This document shows positions 54,344 through 64,000 of a stretch of DNA of 64,000 nt, piece after piece. The position numbers were made by a program, and so were the translations under genes. The DNA lies in contig CAZZFP010000003.1 of assembly GCA_964653575.1 (NCBI GenBank), positions 5,898 through 69,897 of the forward strand. Reading direction: 5' to 3'. The first letter of the stretch is position 1; each line of letters opens with the position of its first letter. This stretch comes from an uncultured Lachnospiraceae bacterium (lineage in GTDB: Bacteria; Bacillota; Clostridia; Oscillospirales; CAG-272). The notes beneath the pieces were generated by a model that had not been told where the DNA came from, made no database searches, and saw only the letters and a program-made list of their open reading frames with translations.

Positions 54344-56269
54344 TTGAACTCTAAAGAAAATGAAGAAAACAATATTGATAATACTTATCTCGGCAAAGTG
54401 GATTCTCCCAAAGATGTAAAGGCGCTCGGCAAGGAAGAACTTCCGATACTTGCACAAGAGATAAGAGATTTTCTTATAAGTCACGTTACGGAGACGGGCG
54501 GACATCTTGCCTCGAACCTCGGAGTGGTGGAAATGACCATCGCTATGCTTCGGGTCCTTGACGTGCCGAAGGATCATATAATATTCGACGTGGGACATCA
54601 ATCCTACGTCTACAAAATGCTTACGGGCAGACGTGACAGGTTTGATACCTTGCGCAAGAACGGAGGACTTAGCGGATTTCCCAAGCGCAGTGAAAGTGAA
54701 TACGATTGCTTTGGAACAGGGCACAGCTCAACCTCGCTTTCGGCTGCACTCGGATTTGCCGAAGCCGAAAAGCTCAAAGGAAGCGATGCCTATACCGTGG
54801 CAGTGGTAGGAGACGGCGCATTTACGGGCGGAATGATACACGAGGCGCTCAATAACTGCGAAAAGGATATGAAGCTTATTATCATCCTCAACGAGAATGA
54901 GATGTCGATATCAAAAAATATCGGCAGATTTGCTACCAATATAGCGCGAATGAGGACGCGAGCAAGCTATTTTAAAGCCAAGAGTATCACAAGACGCATA
55001 GTTTGCAAGATCCCGTTGATAGGCAAGCCGCTCTTCAATTTTATGCGTGATACCAAAAAGGCGTTTAAGAACCTGCTCTATGGGAGCAACTATTTTGAGG
55101 ATCTCGGACTTTATTATCTCGGACCCGTTGACGGAAACAACATTGATGATATGGAGGCTCTTCTGCGCGAGGCGGTAAATCTCGGAGAGAGCGTAGTGAT
55201 ACACGCAAAGACACAAAAGGGGCGCGGACTTTGTGCCGCAGAAGAAGATCCGGGCAAATACCACGGTATCGCTCCCGAAGGAAGCCGCAAAAAAGAGCAC
55301 ACCTTTTCGGAAATGTTCGGAAACATTCTCACCGAAAAAGCCAATGATAACGAAAAGATCGTGGCGATTACCGCTGCTATGAGCGATGGTACGGGGCTTG
55401 AACCATTCAAGATTGCCTATCCGGATCGCTTTTTCGATGTCGGAATTGCCGAGGAACACGCCGTTACCTTTGCGGCGGGGCTTGCAGCGGCGGGATACAG
55501 ACCCGTGGTTCCCATCTATTCTACGTTTTTGCAAAGAGCATACGACAATATCGTTCACGACGTTGCTTTGCAATCGCTTCCCGTCGTTATATGCTCGGAT
55601 AGAGCCGGACTTAATGCCTCGGACGGTGCGACGCATCACGGGATTTTCGACGTAGCCTTCGCCTCGGAGGTTCCGGGGGTCAAGATATATACTCCCGTAA
55701 CTTATAAAGGACTTGAAAAGTCGCTTACGGAGGCGTTATCCGACAACGGTCCGTCGATCATCAGATATCCCAATACCGATGAAAAGCAGGCAGTCGTAGA
55801 TGCCTTTTATGCGGGGACGACCGAAGCTGCAGACGGCGGTATAGGTATTCGCGTTTACCGTAAAGGTGCGTCTCCCGAGGCGGCGCATACCGTGATAATC
55901 ACGCACGGAAAGATAGCTTTGGAGGCTATTTCAGCGGCAGATACCCTAAATGCAAACGGAATCAAAACCGCGGTGATACTTGCCGAATTTTTAAAGCCGT
56001 ATGACAGGCTCGCGGATCTTGTCAACGCGGAGATCGGTTCAAATGTGAGACATATAATTTTTCTTGAAGAAGAGGTACGCACAGGAGGCTTCGGAATGAT
56101 ACTTTCGGAGCAGCTGAGACGTATGTCGAGGTATAATAATACTGTGTTCACACTTCTTTCTCCCGAGAATGATTTTGTCGTGCCGAAGAAAGGCGAAACT
56201 ATATACGACGCCGCGGGCGTTTCATCGAATCATATCATTAAAGCCGCGGAGAGTATAAATAACATTTAA
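54344..56269 (+). CDS. dxs: 1-deoxy-D-xylulose-5-phosphate synthase
   Basis: It has a TTG start 9 nt after AAAGGAGGA. The motifs are GGHLASNLGVVE, DVGHQSYVYKMLTGR, GDGAFTGGM (TPP motif), and DRAGL..SDGATHHG. Confidence 0.93.
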   Translation: MNSKENEENNIDNTYLGKVDSPKDVKALGKEELPILAQEIRDFLISHVTETGGHLASNLGVVEMTIAMLRVLDVPKDHIIFDVGHQSYVYKMLTGRRDRFDTLRKNGGLSGFPKRSESEYDCFGTGHSSTSLSAALGFAEAEKLKGSDAYTVAVVGDGAFTGGMIHEALNNCEKDMKLIIILNENEMSISKNIGRFATNIARMRTRASYFKAKSITRRIVCKIPLIGKPLFNFMRDTKKAFKNLLYGSNYFEDLGLYYLGPVDGNNIDDMEALLREAVNLGESVVIHAKTQKGRGLCAAEEDPGKYHGIAPEGSRKKEHTFSEMFGNILTEKANDNEKIVAITAAMSDGTGLEPFKIAYPDRFFDVGIAEEHAVTFAAGLAAAGYRPVVPIYSTFLQRAYDNIVHDVALQSLPVVICSDRAGLNASDGATHHGIFDVAFASEVPGVKIYTPVTYKGLEKSLTEALSDNGPSIIRYPNTDEKQAVVDAFYAGTTEAADGGIGIRVYRKGASPEAAHTVIITHGKIALEAISAADTLNANGIKTAVILAEFLKPYDRLADLVNAEIGSNVRHIIFLEEEVRTGGFGMILSEQLRRMSRYNNTVFTLLSPENDFVVPKKGETIYDAAGVSSNHIIKAAESINNI

Positions 56270-56302
56270 ACTATCAACAACTCATTCTTAAGAGGAGCAA
56301 AA

Positions 56303-57355
56303 ATGGCTATTGTTACTATTGTAGGCGCGGGAATGATGGGATCTGCCCTTGCATTCCCTGCAAGAGAAAACGGTAACGAGGTTCGTCTTGTGGGAACTCA
56401 TCTTGACCGTGAAATTATTGAGAGCTGCGCAAGATCAGATCGTCATCCAAAGTTTGATCGTGAATTTCCCAAAGGCGTAAAGTATTATCAAATCGAGCAG
56501 CTTCGCGAGGCGCTCGACGGAACTGATATCGTCATCGGCGGCGTGTCGAGCTTCGGCGTTGATTGGTTCGGAGAGTACGTTCTGCCCAAAATAGATGACA
56601 GTACCCCTGTTCTCACCGTTACCAAGGGGTTGATTGATACAGCGAATGGAAAGCTGCTCTCTTATCCCGAGGTATGGGATGAGAGAATGAAAAAGATCGG
56701 AAAAAATATGAAACTCAATGCGGTCGGAGGTCCTTGCACGAGCTACGAGCTCGTGGCGCACGATCACACCGAGGTAGCATTCTGCGGAAAGGATATGGCT
56801 ACTCTTGAGTTTCTCAAGCGGACATTAGCTACCGACTACTATCACATCAGCCTTTCTTGCGATGTTGTGGGCATCGAAAGTGCGGTTGCCTTAAAGAACG
56901 GATACGCTCTCGCCATAGCGCTGACGATAGGATTAAATCAGCGGTTGTACGGCATAGACAGCGAACTGCATTTTAACTCTCAGGCGGCGATCTTTGGTCA
57001 GAGCGTAAAGGAAATGGCAAGACTGCTTGAGTATCAGGGCGCAAACACTCTCGATAATCTTTGCGTCGGCGCGGGTGACCTTTATGTCACAGTCTATGGC
57101 GGAAGGACACGTCTTGTGGGCATTTTGCTCGGAAGGGGGCTTGATATCGATGAGGCAAAGTCCGAGCTCAAGGGCGTCACTCTCGAATCTCTTGTGGTTG
57201 CCGAGCGTGTGGCAAGAGCTGTCAAAAGGTGCGCGGAGCAGGGAACTCTCGATCCAAAGGATTTCCCATTGCTTATGCACGTAGATAATATACTTGCCAA
57301 CAAGGCCGATCCCCATATTCCGTGGGAAGCGTTGACTTTTGCGGGCGGTATTTGA
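56303..57355 (+). CDS. NAD(P)H-dependent glycerol-3-phosphate dehydrogenase family protein (GpsA-like)
   Basis: It has an N-terminal Rossmann motif VGAGMMGSALA and a C-terminal helical domain with ALKNGYA and GDLYVT, which resemble GpsA motifs. It diverges from canonical GpsA, so the substrate is uncertain. Confidence 0.6.
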   Translation: MAIVTIVGAGMMGSALAFPARENGNEVRLVGTHLDREIIESCARSDRHPKFDREFPKGVKYYQIEQLREALDGTDIVIGGVSSFGVDWFGEYVLPKIDDSTPVLTVTKGLIDTANGKLLSYPEVWDERMKKIGKNMKLNAVGGPCTSYELVAHDHTEVAFCGKDMATLEFLKRTLATDYYHISLSCDVVGIESAVALKNGYALAIALTIGLNQRLYGIDSELHFNSQAAIFGQSVKEMARLLEYQGANTLDNLCVGAGDLYVTVYGGRTRLVGILLGRGLDIDEAKSELKGVTLESLVVAERVARAVKRCAEQGTLDPKDFPLLMHVDNILANKADPHIPWEALTFAGGI

Positions 57356-57368
57356 AATATTATACAAC

Positions 57369-57412
57369 AAAAAGTTCCCGTAAACCTTTGGCTCGGTCTG
57401 CGGGAACTTTTT
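57369..57412. terminator. Bidirectional terminator between the convergent gpsA-like and tyrS genes
   Basis: A 10-bp stem pairs aaagttcccg with cgggaacttt, with A and T runs on both sides. Confidence 0.7.
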
Positions 57413-57473
57413 CGAACTTTCCAATAAGGGCAGTGCCCGTTCGGAACGCAAAAATTTGATTTTTATTTTGAAA

Positions 57474-58697
57474 TTAAGCCTCAAAAACTACCTTTTTGAA
57501 GTTCTTTTTACCTCTCTTCAACACAACGCCTTTTTTGAGCGTGTCGCACGTATACAACGCTTTGATATCCGTTACCTTCTCGCCATCTACCGTTACGCCA
57601 CCTTGCTCGACAGCACGTCTTGCTTCGGATTTTGATGCAACGAGCCCCGATTTGACGAGCATTGAAAGAATATCGATAGAGCCGTCAACAAGATCGTCGT
57701 TTGAAAGAGATGCTGTCGGAATATCGGCATCTGCGCCTGCACCGAAGAGAGCCTTTGCGCTTGCTTCGGCCTTTTGTGCTTCCTCTTCGCCGTGAACGAG
57801 CTTTGTAAGCTCGTATGCAAGTATTTCCTTAGCACGGTTGAGCTGAGAGCCTTCCCATTTGTCCATCTCGTCGATCTGCTCGAGAGGAAGGAAAGTAAGC
57901 ATACGGATGCACTTAAGCACATCGCTGTCGCCGACGTTTCTCCAATATTGATAAAAATCGTACGGAGAGGTCTTTTGCGGATCGAGCCACACTGCGCCCG
58001 ATGCGGTCTTGCCCATCTTTTTGCCTTCGGAATTGAGAAGCAGAGTGATAGTCATAGCGTACGCATCTTTGCCGAGCTTACGTCTGATAAGCTCGGTGCC
58101 GCCGAGCATATTTGACCACTGATCGTCTCCGCCAAACTGCATATTGCAACCGTATTCTTTGAAGAGATGATAGAAGTCGTATGATTGCATTATCATATAG
58201 TTGAATTCAAGGAAGGAGAGTCCTTTTTCCATTCTTTGCTTATAGCACTCCGCGGTAAGCATTCTGTTGACGGAGAAGCACGCTCCGACATCGCGAAGCA
58301 CATCGATGTAATTGAGATCAAGGAGCCAATCGGCATTATTTACCATAATTGCCTTGTCCTCGCCGAATTCGATAAATTTGCTCATTTGCTTTTTGAAGCA
58401 TTCGCAGTTGTGGTCGATCGTTTCTTTAGTCATCATAGAACGCATATCTGTTCTTCCAGACGGGTCTCCAACGTGCGCTGTACCGCCGCCGATAAGTACG
58501 ATGGGGCGGTTGCCTGCCATTTGAAGCCTTTTCATAAGGCAAAGTGCCATAAAATGTCCTACGTGAAGTGAGTCTGCGGTGGGGTCGAAGCCGATGTAGA
58601 AGGTAGCCTTACCGTTGTTTATAAGCTCCTTGATCTCTGCTTCGTCCGTTACTTGAGCGATAAGCCCTCTCGCCACGAGTTCTTCGTAAATGTTCAT
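57474..58697 (-). CDS. tyrS: Tyrosine--tRNA ligase
   Basis: It has a HIGH-type motif (LHVGHF), a KMSKS-type motif (KMGKT), and a C-terminal S4-like domain. Confidence 0.95.
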   Translation of the reverse strand: MNIYEELVARGLIAQVTDEAEIKELINNGKATFYIGFDPTADSLHVGHFMALCLMKRLQMAGNRPIVLIGGGTAHVGDPSGRTDMRSMMTKETIDHNCECFKKQMSKFIEFGEDKAIMVNNADWLLDLNYIDVLRDVGACFSVNRMLTAECYKQRMEKGLSFLEFNYMIMQSYDFYHLFKEYGCNMQFGGDDQWSNMLGGTELIRRKLGKDAYAMTITLLLNSEGKKMGKTASGAVWLDPQKTSPYDFYQYWRNVGDSDVLKCIRMLTFLPLEQIDEMDKWEGSQLNRAKEILAYELTKLVHGEEEAQKAEASAKALFGAGADADIPTASLSNDDLVDGSIDILSMLVKSGLVASKSEARRAVEQGGVTVDGEKVTDIKALYTCDTLKKGVVLKRGKKNFKKVVFEA

Positions 58698-58740
58698 TTT
58701 TTAATTCTCCTTGGTTTATTGATATTGTTCTTAAAAAATC

Positions 58741-59060
58741 AAAATAAAAAGCCCTGATACGGAAGCACCGTACCAAGGACGAATATGTGATATATCCGTG
58801 TTACCACCTTGATTTATATACGGCTCGCGCCGTATACCTCTGTGAGTCAGAAATAACTCAGCCGCATAACGCGCGGCAAGCGTCACAGCCTACGCACTTT
58901 TTGCCGAGAACAGGAGCAAATAAGCTTCGGTGTGCGGCTCCGAGACGTATATTCTCCGAACAAGCTTGCGCCTCTCATCATACGGCAGCTTTCTGTAAAG
59001 CTTTCTTTCGGGTACTTTTTCTCATCATAGCCTTTAAATAAAGTCTAATATTAAATTCCG
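58741..59060 (-). promoter_or_regulatory. T-box leader (tyrosine-specific) with terminator/antiterminator
   Basis: On the minus strand, stem I starts at tgatgagaaaaagtac. The specifier-loop context gaaUAUACGuc contains a UAC Tyr codon (complement of 58947-58949). The T-box sequence aatcaaGGTGGTAACACGG spans 58796-58814. An 11-bp terminator (ccttggtacgg/ccgtatcaggg plus CTTTTTATTTT) spans 58741-58778. Confidence 0.85.
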
Positions 59061-59067
59061 ATGATTA

Positions 59068-59096
59068 ATTATATATCAAATCGTCGGTTTTGTCAA
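59068..59096 (-). promoter_or_regulatory. Perfect consensus sigma-A promoter driving the tyrS T-box leader (TTGACA-N17-TATAAT)
   Basis: On the minus strand, TTGACA is the complement of 59091-59096 and TATAAT the complement of 59068-59073. The spacer is 17 nt. Confidence 0.65.
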
Positions 59097-59100
59097 TAGC

Positions 59101-59164
59101 AAAACGGAGAAATCTTCAAAAGTCTGTCCGATCCTTCCGAAAAGTGAAGATATCTCCGTTTTTT
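59101..59164 (-). terminator. Long hairpin terminator after the 99-aa ORF
   Basis: Arms of about 15-17 bp pair aaaacggagaaatcttc with gaagatatctccgtttt, with one mismatch. The U-run forms the stem end on the minus strand. Confidence 0.55.
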
Positions 59165-59175
59165 GTGAGAGATGG

Positions 59176-59475
59176 TCAAGTTCTGAGTGCTCTCTCAAGC
59201 CAGATGAGTCCGATGTCCAACGCCTCTGCAAGTCCGGATTTCTGACCTTCCTTGAAAACATCGGAGGAGTCTTTTGAATTGACCACCTGTATAAATATGG
59301 TATCGGGAATCTTGCTTCCGTTAAATTCTTTGTAACTCATTATCTCGAGAATGAGCACATATTTTTCGCCCATATCTCCGTACACAATGGTATTATCCTC
59401 GCGAACGAGCGGCTTACCTTTGTATTCAAGATAAGTACCGTCAACCAATTTTCTGGTATCGTCTGTATTTGCCAT
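59176..59475 (-). CDS. Hypothetical 99-aa protein
   Basis: It is a clean ORF 26 nt downstream of tmcAL and has its own terminator. I recognised no motifs. Confidence 0.6.
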   Translation of the reverse strand: MANTDDTRKLVDGTYLEYKGKPLVREDNTIVYGDMGEKYVLILEIMSYKEFNGSKIPDTIFIQVVNSKDSSDVFKEGQKSGLAEALDIGLIWLERALRT

Positions 59476-59501
59476 TTGTTATCTCCTCTTCTTTCAAATA
59501 A

Positions 59502-60698
59502 TTATTTGCCGTTGCACCTGATATACGGCGATGCTTTGATAAAATAATCGCTTTCCTTGATATCGGGCATCAGCAGTGTGTAAAGTGAGTCTGCGCGTTT
59601 TTCAAGCTCGGCTTGGCGACTGTCTGTGTCGCCGAGCTTTTTTATGTCTGCGGTCTTCGTAACGATGAAATTGTTGCCGCCTTTTCTGAGTATCGCAAGA
59701 TATCGACGCCCTTTCTCGTTCGCGGCAAGCAGGTGAGCGTATTTTACGGAGTCTGCCTGCATATCCGATCGTTTGACGCCGCATATGCAAAAGAGCATAA
59801 GTCTTTTGATCCTTGCCTCGCTGAAGGAAGCATTTCGGAGCGTGTTCGTCATCTGATCGAGACTTGTTGATCCGCAAGCCGCGCGGTACATCCTCTCGGC
59901 AAATCCCGTCGGCATATCGGCGATGTCCTCGTGATGCTCCGGGGGAGTTACTCTGAAGTGCAAAAGTACGGCTCTTTCCAACAGAGCTTTGTCCGTTGGC
60001 GCGCAAGATTCCTTTTTCATCCTGTTGAATATCGTCATCACCGCATCGGGGACGTATTCGCTTATATCTTTACTCTCTGAGATCGCGCGTCTTATTGCCG
60101 CGGCAGATGACGGTTGACCGTTGGGGCTGCCCAGTGATTCCGAATTGTACTCTGTTCCCGTGCGCTTTATGCAGGTCGGGGTGAGTCTCAGTCCTTGCTT
60201 TTTTATCTCTCGTATATATTGAAATCCCAATATATCATTTGAAGAAAGCGCTATGCCGCAGTTTTCCTCAAGAAGTTTGAGATATGTCGTGTTCCCGTAG
60301 GATTGATCGCCTTTCGAAAGCTTATGCAAAAAGTCATCGGAAAGAGATACGTCCGCCACGTTTGATAGGGCCTTAATATCGGCACATTCGCTTCCGAAGC
60401 TGAGAAATTCCGCGCCCGCCTGTTCTGCTATACGTACACCTGCCGCCGCAAACGCCTCGGCATATGCGCACGAAAACGGAAACGGAAGCTCGAGCACAAG
60501 ATCTGCACCGCACGCGATTGCCGAAAGCGCACGCTCGTACTTCGGAATTATGGCGGCGTCCCCGCGCTGAGTAAAGTTCCCGCTCATTATACATACGATA
60601 AATTCCGCACCGCTTTGACGCAGTGTATCTATTTGATGCAAATGACCGTAGTGAAATGGATTGTATTCGCATATGATCGCGTAAGAATTGCATATCAT
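59502..60698 (-). CDS. tmcAL: tRNA(Met) cytidine acetate ligase TmcAL (YlbM/UPF0348 nucleotidyltransferase)
   Basis: The N-terminus IICEYNPFHYGHLHQI...IMSGNFTQRGDAAI carries an HxGH nucleotidyltransferase motif and the layout typical of YlbM. Confidence 0.85.
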   Translation of the reverse strand: MICNSYAIICEYNPFHYGHLHQIDTLRQSGAEFIVCIMSGNFTQRGDAAIIPKYERALSAIACGADLVLELPFPFSCAYAEAFAAAGVRIAEQAGAEFLSFGSECADIKALSNVADVSLSDDFLHKLSKGDQSYGNTTYLKLLEENCGIALSSNDILGFQYIREIKKQGLRLTPTCIKRTGTEYNSESLGSPNGQPSSAAAIRRAISESKDISEYVPDAVMTIFNRMKKESCAPTDKALLERAVLLHFRVTPPEHHEDIADMPTGFAERMYRAACGSTSLDQMTNTLRNASFSEARIKRLMLFCICGVKRSDMQADSVKYAHLLAANEKGRRYLAILRKGGNNFIVTKTADIKKLGDTDSRQAELEKRADSLYTLLMPDIKESDYFIKASPYIRCNGK

Positions 60699-60754
60699 AT
60701 TTTCAGTACATCCTTTCGCCTTTTATTCGAGTTATAATTCGTATGGTGACTTGC

Positions 60755-61969
60755 TTATTTATTGAGCTCTTTTACAAGTCTTTCGGTATCTTGAGCTATA
60801 ACGAGTTCCTCGTTTGTGGGAATCATATATACGAGAACCTTGGAATTTTCGGTAGAAAGCTTTGTAACGCCGCTCTTGCCCTTTGTGGCTTCGTTTAGCT
60901 TTTGATCTATTTCGATGCCGAAATATTCAGTTCCCGCGAGGGAAAGCTCTCTTATTTTTGCGTTATTTTCACCAATGCCGGCTGTAAATACGATGGCGTC
61001 AAGTCCGTTCATAGCAGCCGCATAGGAACCGATAAATTTCTTTACCTGATAACCGAGCATATTTTCCGCAAGTTCTGCGCGAGAGTTGCCTTCGGAAATA
61101 GCTTTATCAAGGTCACGACAGTCCGACGAAACGCCGGAAACGCCGAGGAATCCGCATTTTTTGTTCATATATGTGTTCATCTCATCCGGTGTAAGATCGA
61201 GCTTTTCCATAAGGAATGGAACGACCGCCGGATCCATATCTCCGCATCGTGTGCCCATAATAACACCCGCAAGAGGAGTGAATCCCATACTTGTGTCGAT
61301 GACTTTGCCGTCTTTGACTGCGGAGATGGACGAGCCGTTACCGAGGTGGCAGGTCACTATCTTTGTACCCTCAGCTTTTCCACCCATAAGCTTTATCATT
61401 TCACCGGCTACGTATCTGTGCGAGGTTCCGTGAGCACCGTATCTGCGTACGGAATATTTTTCCGCTACATCGTAGGGAATAGCGTACGTATACGCTTCTT
61501 TGGGCATCGTTTGATGGAACGCTGTGTCAAATACAAGAGCCTGCGGAGTGTGCGGCATTACCTCAAGGCATCCCTTTATACCCATAATGTGCGCGCCTGT
61601 ATGAAGGGGAGCAAGATCACGGCAAAGCTCGAGTTTCTCAAGCACAGCGTCCGTAAGAATAACGGACTCCGAAAAATAGTGACCGCCGTGGACTATTCTG
61701 TGACCCACAGCTTCGATCTCGGACATATCCTTGATACAACCGTACTCTGCGGATGTGAGAGCATCAACTACGCACTTTGTTGCGACGGAGTGATTGGGCA
61801 TATCGATCTTTGCCTCATACTCTGCGCCTGTTTCGAGATTTTTGTGTGTGAGAACGCCATCGATGGCTATTCTGTCACAAAGTCCCTTTGCTTTTACTAT
61901 GTTCGTTTCGGTATCGAAAAGTTGATATTTGAGTGAGCTTGAACCTGCGTTGATAACCAATACATTCAT
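60755..61969 (-). CDS. ackA: Acetate kinase
   Basis: It reads MNVLVINAGSSSLKYQLF...GHRIVHGG...RRYGAHGTSHRY...TCHLGNGSS...FTAGIGEN. Confidence 0.95.
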   Translation of the reverse strand: MNVLVINAGSSSLKYQLFDTETNIVKAKGLCDRIAIDGVLTHKNLETGAEYEAKIDMPNHSVATKCVVDALTSAEYGCIKDMSEIEAVGHRIVHGGHYFSESVILTDAVLEKLELCRDLAPLHTGAHIMGIKGCLEVMPHTPQALVFDTAFHQTMPKEAYTYAIPYDVAEKYSVRRYGAHGTSHRYVAGEMIKLMGGKAEGTKIVTCHLGNGSSISAVKDGKVIDTSMGFTPLAGVIMGTRCGDMDPAVVPFLMEKLDLTPDEMNTYMNKKCGFLGVSGVSSDCRDLDKAISEGNSRAELAENMLGYQVKKFIGSYAAAMNGLDAIVFTAGIGENNAKIRELSLAGTEYFGIEIDQKLNEATKGKSGVTKLSTENSKVLVYMIPTNEELVIAQDTERLVKELNK

Positions 61970-62033
61970 ATTTACTTTAACCTCCGTTGGAATATCATTG
62001 CGAAAACCCTTGTTCGCATAAATATATCAATCA

Positions 62034-62062
62034 ATTATACATCTTTTAGTGTATATTTTCAA
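62034..62062 (-). promoter_or_regulatory. Putative sigma-A promoter of ackA (TTGAAA-N17-TATAAT)
   Basis: Hexamers and the 17-nt spacer were read on the minus strand, about 65 nt upstream of the ackA ATG. Confidence 0.55.
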
Positions 62063-62114
62063 TAGATATTTTATAAATATTTCTAAACGAGGGGGATTTT
62101 TTTAAAAAAATATC

Positions 62115-63224
62115 CTAAAACAGATCTTTTCTGAACCTTTCCGAGAATTTTTCCTTCGAAGCAAAGTCCATAGCGGAGATATAAGTTCCCTCTATCTCAA
62201 AATGTACTTTTCCCGCAAGTTCGAATTCGGAAACGGCGAGAGTTACAAGGGATCGTCTCATTTCGCGTAGATGACGAAGCTTTTGCCTTTCTACCTTTGG
62301 AATTGGAGAGCTCAAAAATCTTCTCATACTGACCGTATTTTCGATCGCTCCTTCGGTTTCTGAGCTCATATCTCTGTCACATTTTATGACGGCAAGCTCT
62401 CCGTTATTTATAAACAGCGCGTTTATATCATCGGGCTCGATGGGGTCATAAGAGACTTTTATATCCGCTCCTTTCGCGTGCGCTTTTCTGAATATCTCGT
62501 CGAGAAGGAACGGCGCACAGCCGAAAATGTCGTCTATGTATATTACCTTGTCAGCGAAAGGTGAAAATGAATCGTAGCGTATCTCTCCGAGTGTACCGAT
62601 TGAGTCTATAAGCGCCGGAACAAGCTTTGAGCCTTTTGCCTCTATGCCGTCTGTTACATCGTTTGCGTACTTTTGTATGCTTTCGAACAGTACGAAGGGA
62701 TCTAAAATATTGTCGGTTATTACCTTTATCGAGTGTGAAGCACCAAGATAGCGATAGGCCTGTGCGTAGTGATCGCTTTTTAATTTGCCGAGCCGCGCAA
62801 GCTCATCGGCAGAGTCGGAAAGAAGCTCCTTGTTCCAAAACTGACCGAGATCTATGATATCCTCACGTGCGCCGGGTAGCACGGTGTCGAATGAGTGCGG
62901 CGCTGTTCCGTCTATGACCGCGAACGCGGACGGCGCCTCGCAGTCGGAGGTTCGGTATACTATTATGCCGTCAAGCGAGCTTTGATCCGAGGAACAATAG
63001 TAATATTCAACAAGATCTCCGTAGGCCTCGGCGCTTGATGCTATCTCGCGCATAAATCGGCTTTTTCCCGTTCCGGGTCCACCTTTTATTATGTACAGAT
63101 GCGCGATACTTTTGCTTCTGAATATTTGATCGAAATAGGATACAAATCCTTTATAACTGTTCGATGCGGCAAAATACGCACGTTCCTTCTTGAGCGTGCC
63201 GTGATATGTCTCAATGTCAGGCAT
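62115..63224 (-). CDS. Uncharacterised P-loop NTPase (369 aa)
   Basis: It has Walker A IIKGGPGTGKS near aa 45-55 and a Walker B-like IVYR...VIDGTAPH. I recognised no other domain. Confidence 0.7.
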   Translation of the reverse strand: MPDIETYHGTLKKERAYFAASNSYKGFVSYFDQIFRSKSIAHLYIIKGGPGTGKSRFMREIASSAEAYGDLVEYYYCSSDQSSLDGIIVYRTSDCEAPSAFAVIDGTAPHSFDTVLPGAREDIIDLGQFWNKELLSDSADELARLGKLKSDHYAQAYRYLGASHSIKVITDNILDPFVLFESIQKYANDVTDGIEAKGSKLVPALIDSIGTLGEIRYDSFSPFADKVIYIDDIFGCAPFLLDEIFRKAHAKGADIKVSYDPIEPDDINALFINNGELAVIKCDRDMSSETEGAIENTVSMRRFLSSPIPKVERQKLRHLREMRRSLVTLAVSEFELAGKVHFEIEGTYISAMDFASKEKFSERFRKDLF

Positions 63225-63421
63225 AATCGTTTCCTCCGTATGTTTTGTTGCGACCGAGCGATCGCTCTTACAACAGAATATTCCGTTGCGTGCGTATTCG
63301 TGCGTTGAGAGATTTACATATTATCAATAATATGTTGTAGAAAAAATGAGTGCAAAAGTGTAAAATAATATCTATTAAGTGTGATAAAGTCGGTGATTTG
63401 CGCACTGACGGAGAGGATGTA

Positions 63422-64000
63422 ATGATTCCCGATATATATCAATTTGGCGCCGGATTGCACAAGCTTTTTGCGATAAATACAGACAAATTTAAATTCTCAT
63501 CGTTGACGATGCTGTTTCGAGTGTCATCGGAGGTGAATGACGTTGCGTATAATAATCTGTTGCTTTCGGTGCTCCAGAGAGGGACGAAAAAGCATCGAAC
63601 TGTCGGAGATATAAACAAGTATCTTGACGGGCTCTATTCTATGACGGTAAGCGCGCGTCGATATTCGATCTCCGAGAATCATTTTCTCGGTCTTACTTGC
63701 GAGATGCTCGAAAGCAGATTTGTTTATGACGGGATCGACCTTGAAAAAAAGGCGATCGAATTTGCGGAGGAATTCATTTATGAGCCACTGACGGACGAGG
63801 ACGGACTTTTTCGTGGCGATTACGTTGAAAGTGAAAAGGTCAATATAATCAATTCTCTGAAAGCTCAGAAAAACAACGCCAAAGCTTACGCATCGCTGAG
63901 ATGCCGCGAATACCTTACCGAGGGGGAAACGGGTCATATCACCCTTGAAGAATTGATAGAAAGGACTCAAAGCATAACCGCCGAGTCTCTGACAGAATAC
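63422..64000 (+). CDS. Insulinase (peptidase M16) family protein; N-terminal part only, runs off the right window edge
   Basis: It is absent from the ORF track because it is open-ended. My translation reads MIPDIYQFGAGLHKLFAINTDKFKFSSLTMLF...LQRGTKKHRTVGDINKYLDGLYS..., which resembles the non-catalytic M16 subunit layout. The 63524..63970 minus ORF is its antisense shadow. Confidence 0.6.
   Translation, partial: MIPDIYQFGAGLHKLFAINTDKFKFSSLTMLFRVSSEVNDVAYNNLLLSVLQRGTKKHRTVGDINKYLDGLYSMTVSARRYSISENHFLGLTCEMLESRFVYDGIDLEKKAIEFAEEFIYEPLTDEDGLFRGDYVESEKVNIINSLKAQKNNAKAYASLRCREYLTEGETGHITLEELIERTQSITAESLTEY

Noticed and set aside
62007-62026. The palindrome tgcgaacaagggttttcgca in the ackA leader read as a CcpA cre site.
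   Set aside because: It does not fit the cre consensus (TGWAANCGNTNWCA) in sequence or spacing. It is probably just a leader hairpin.

Overview
This 64-kb window is mostly core chromosome from an endospore-forming, Clostridia-type Firmicute. That assignment is inferred from gene content: PolC-type replicase, a T-box-controlled tyrS, dpaA/dpaB (spoVF), ytfJ plus a DUF2953 gene, scpAB, and a low-MW PBP. I call about 50 protein genes. They include lon-engB, lepA-hemW, mnmA, trmL, secA, pcrA, the conserved pyrH-frr-uppS-cdsA-dxr-rseP-ispG-polC block, comEC, birA, feoAB, dpaAB, ldh, glpK, the ylxM-ffh-rpsP-KH cluster, dxs, tyrS, tmcAL and ackA. Two CDSs run off the window edges and are missing from the ORF track: a D-Ala-D-Ala carboxypeptidase at the left edge and an M16-type peptidase at the right edge. 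I saw no rRNA, tRNA, CRISPR array, transposase, integrase or phage genes. I cannot point to a convincing new multi-gene system such as a defence island. Several smaller things deserve a second look. (1) Two tandem paralogous surface-protein genes with BspA-type LRRs share an identical 200-bp leader/signal-anchor cassette and carry internal repeat arrays of different copy number. (2) An unannotated 46-codon ORF is about 70% Gln/Asn and has its own RBS, a palindrome at its likely transcription start and a downstream hairpin. (3) A G+C-rich, helix-dense stretch of about 240 nt lies between a DUF1292 gene (driven by a perfect consensus promoter) and a strong terminator. It is a candidate ncRNA, riboswitch or structured 3' UTR that I could not assign to any known class. 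(4) A GTTAG-N6-CTAAC palindrome occurs twice around feoA/feoB. (5) A perfect 10-bp inverted repeat sits in the lon leader. (6) Two uncharacterised polytopic membrane proteins follow secA. All similarity calls come from motif recognition by eye; no database search was run.
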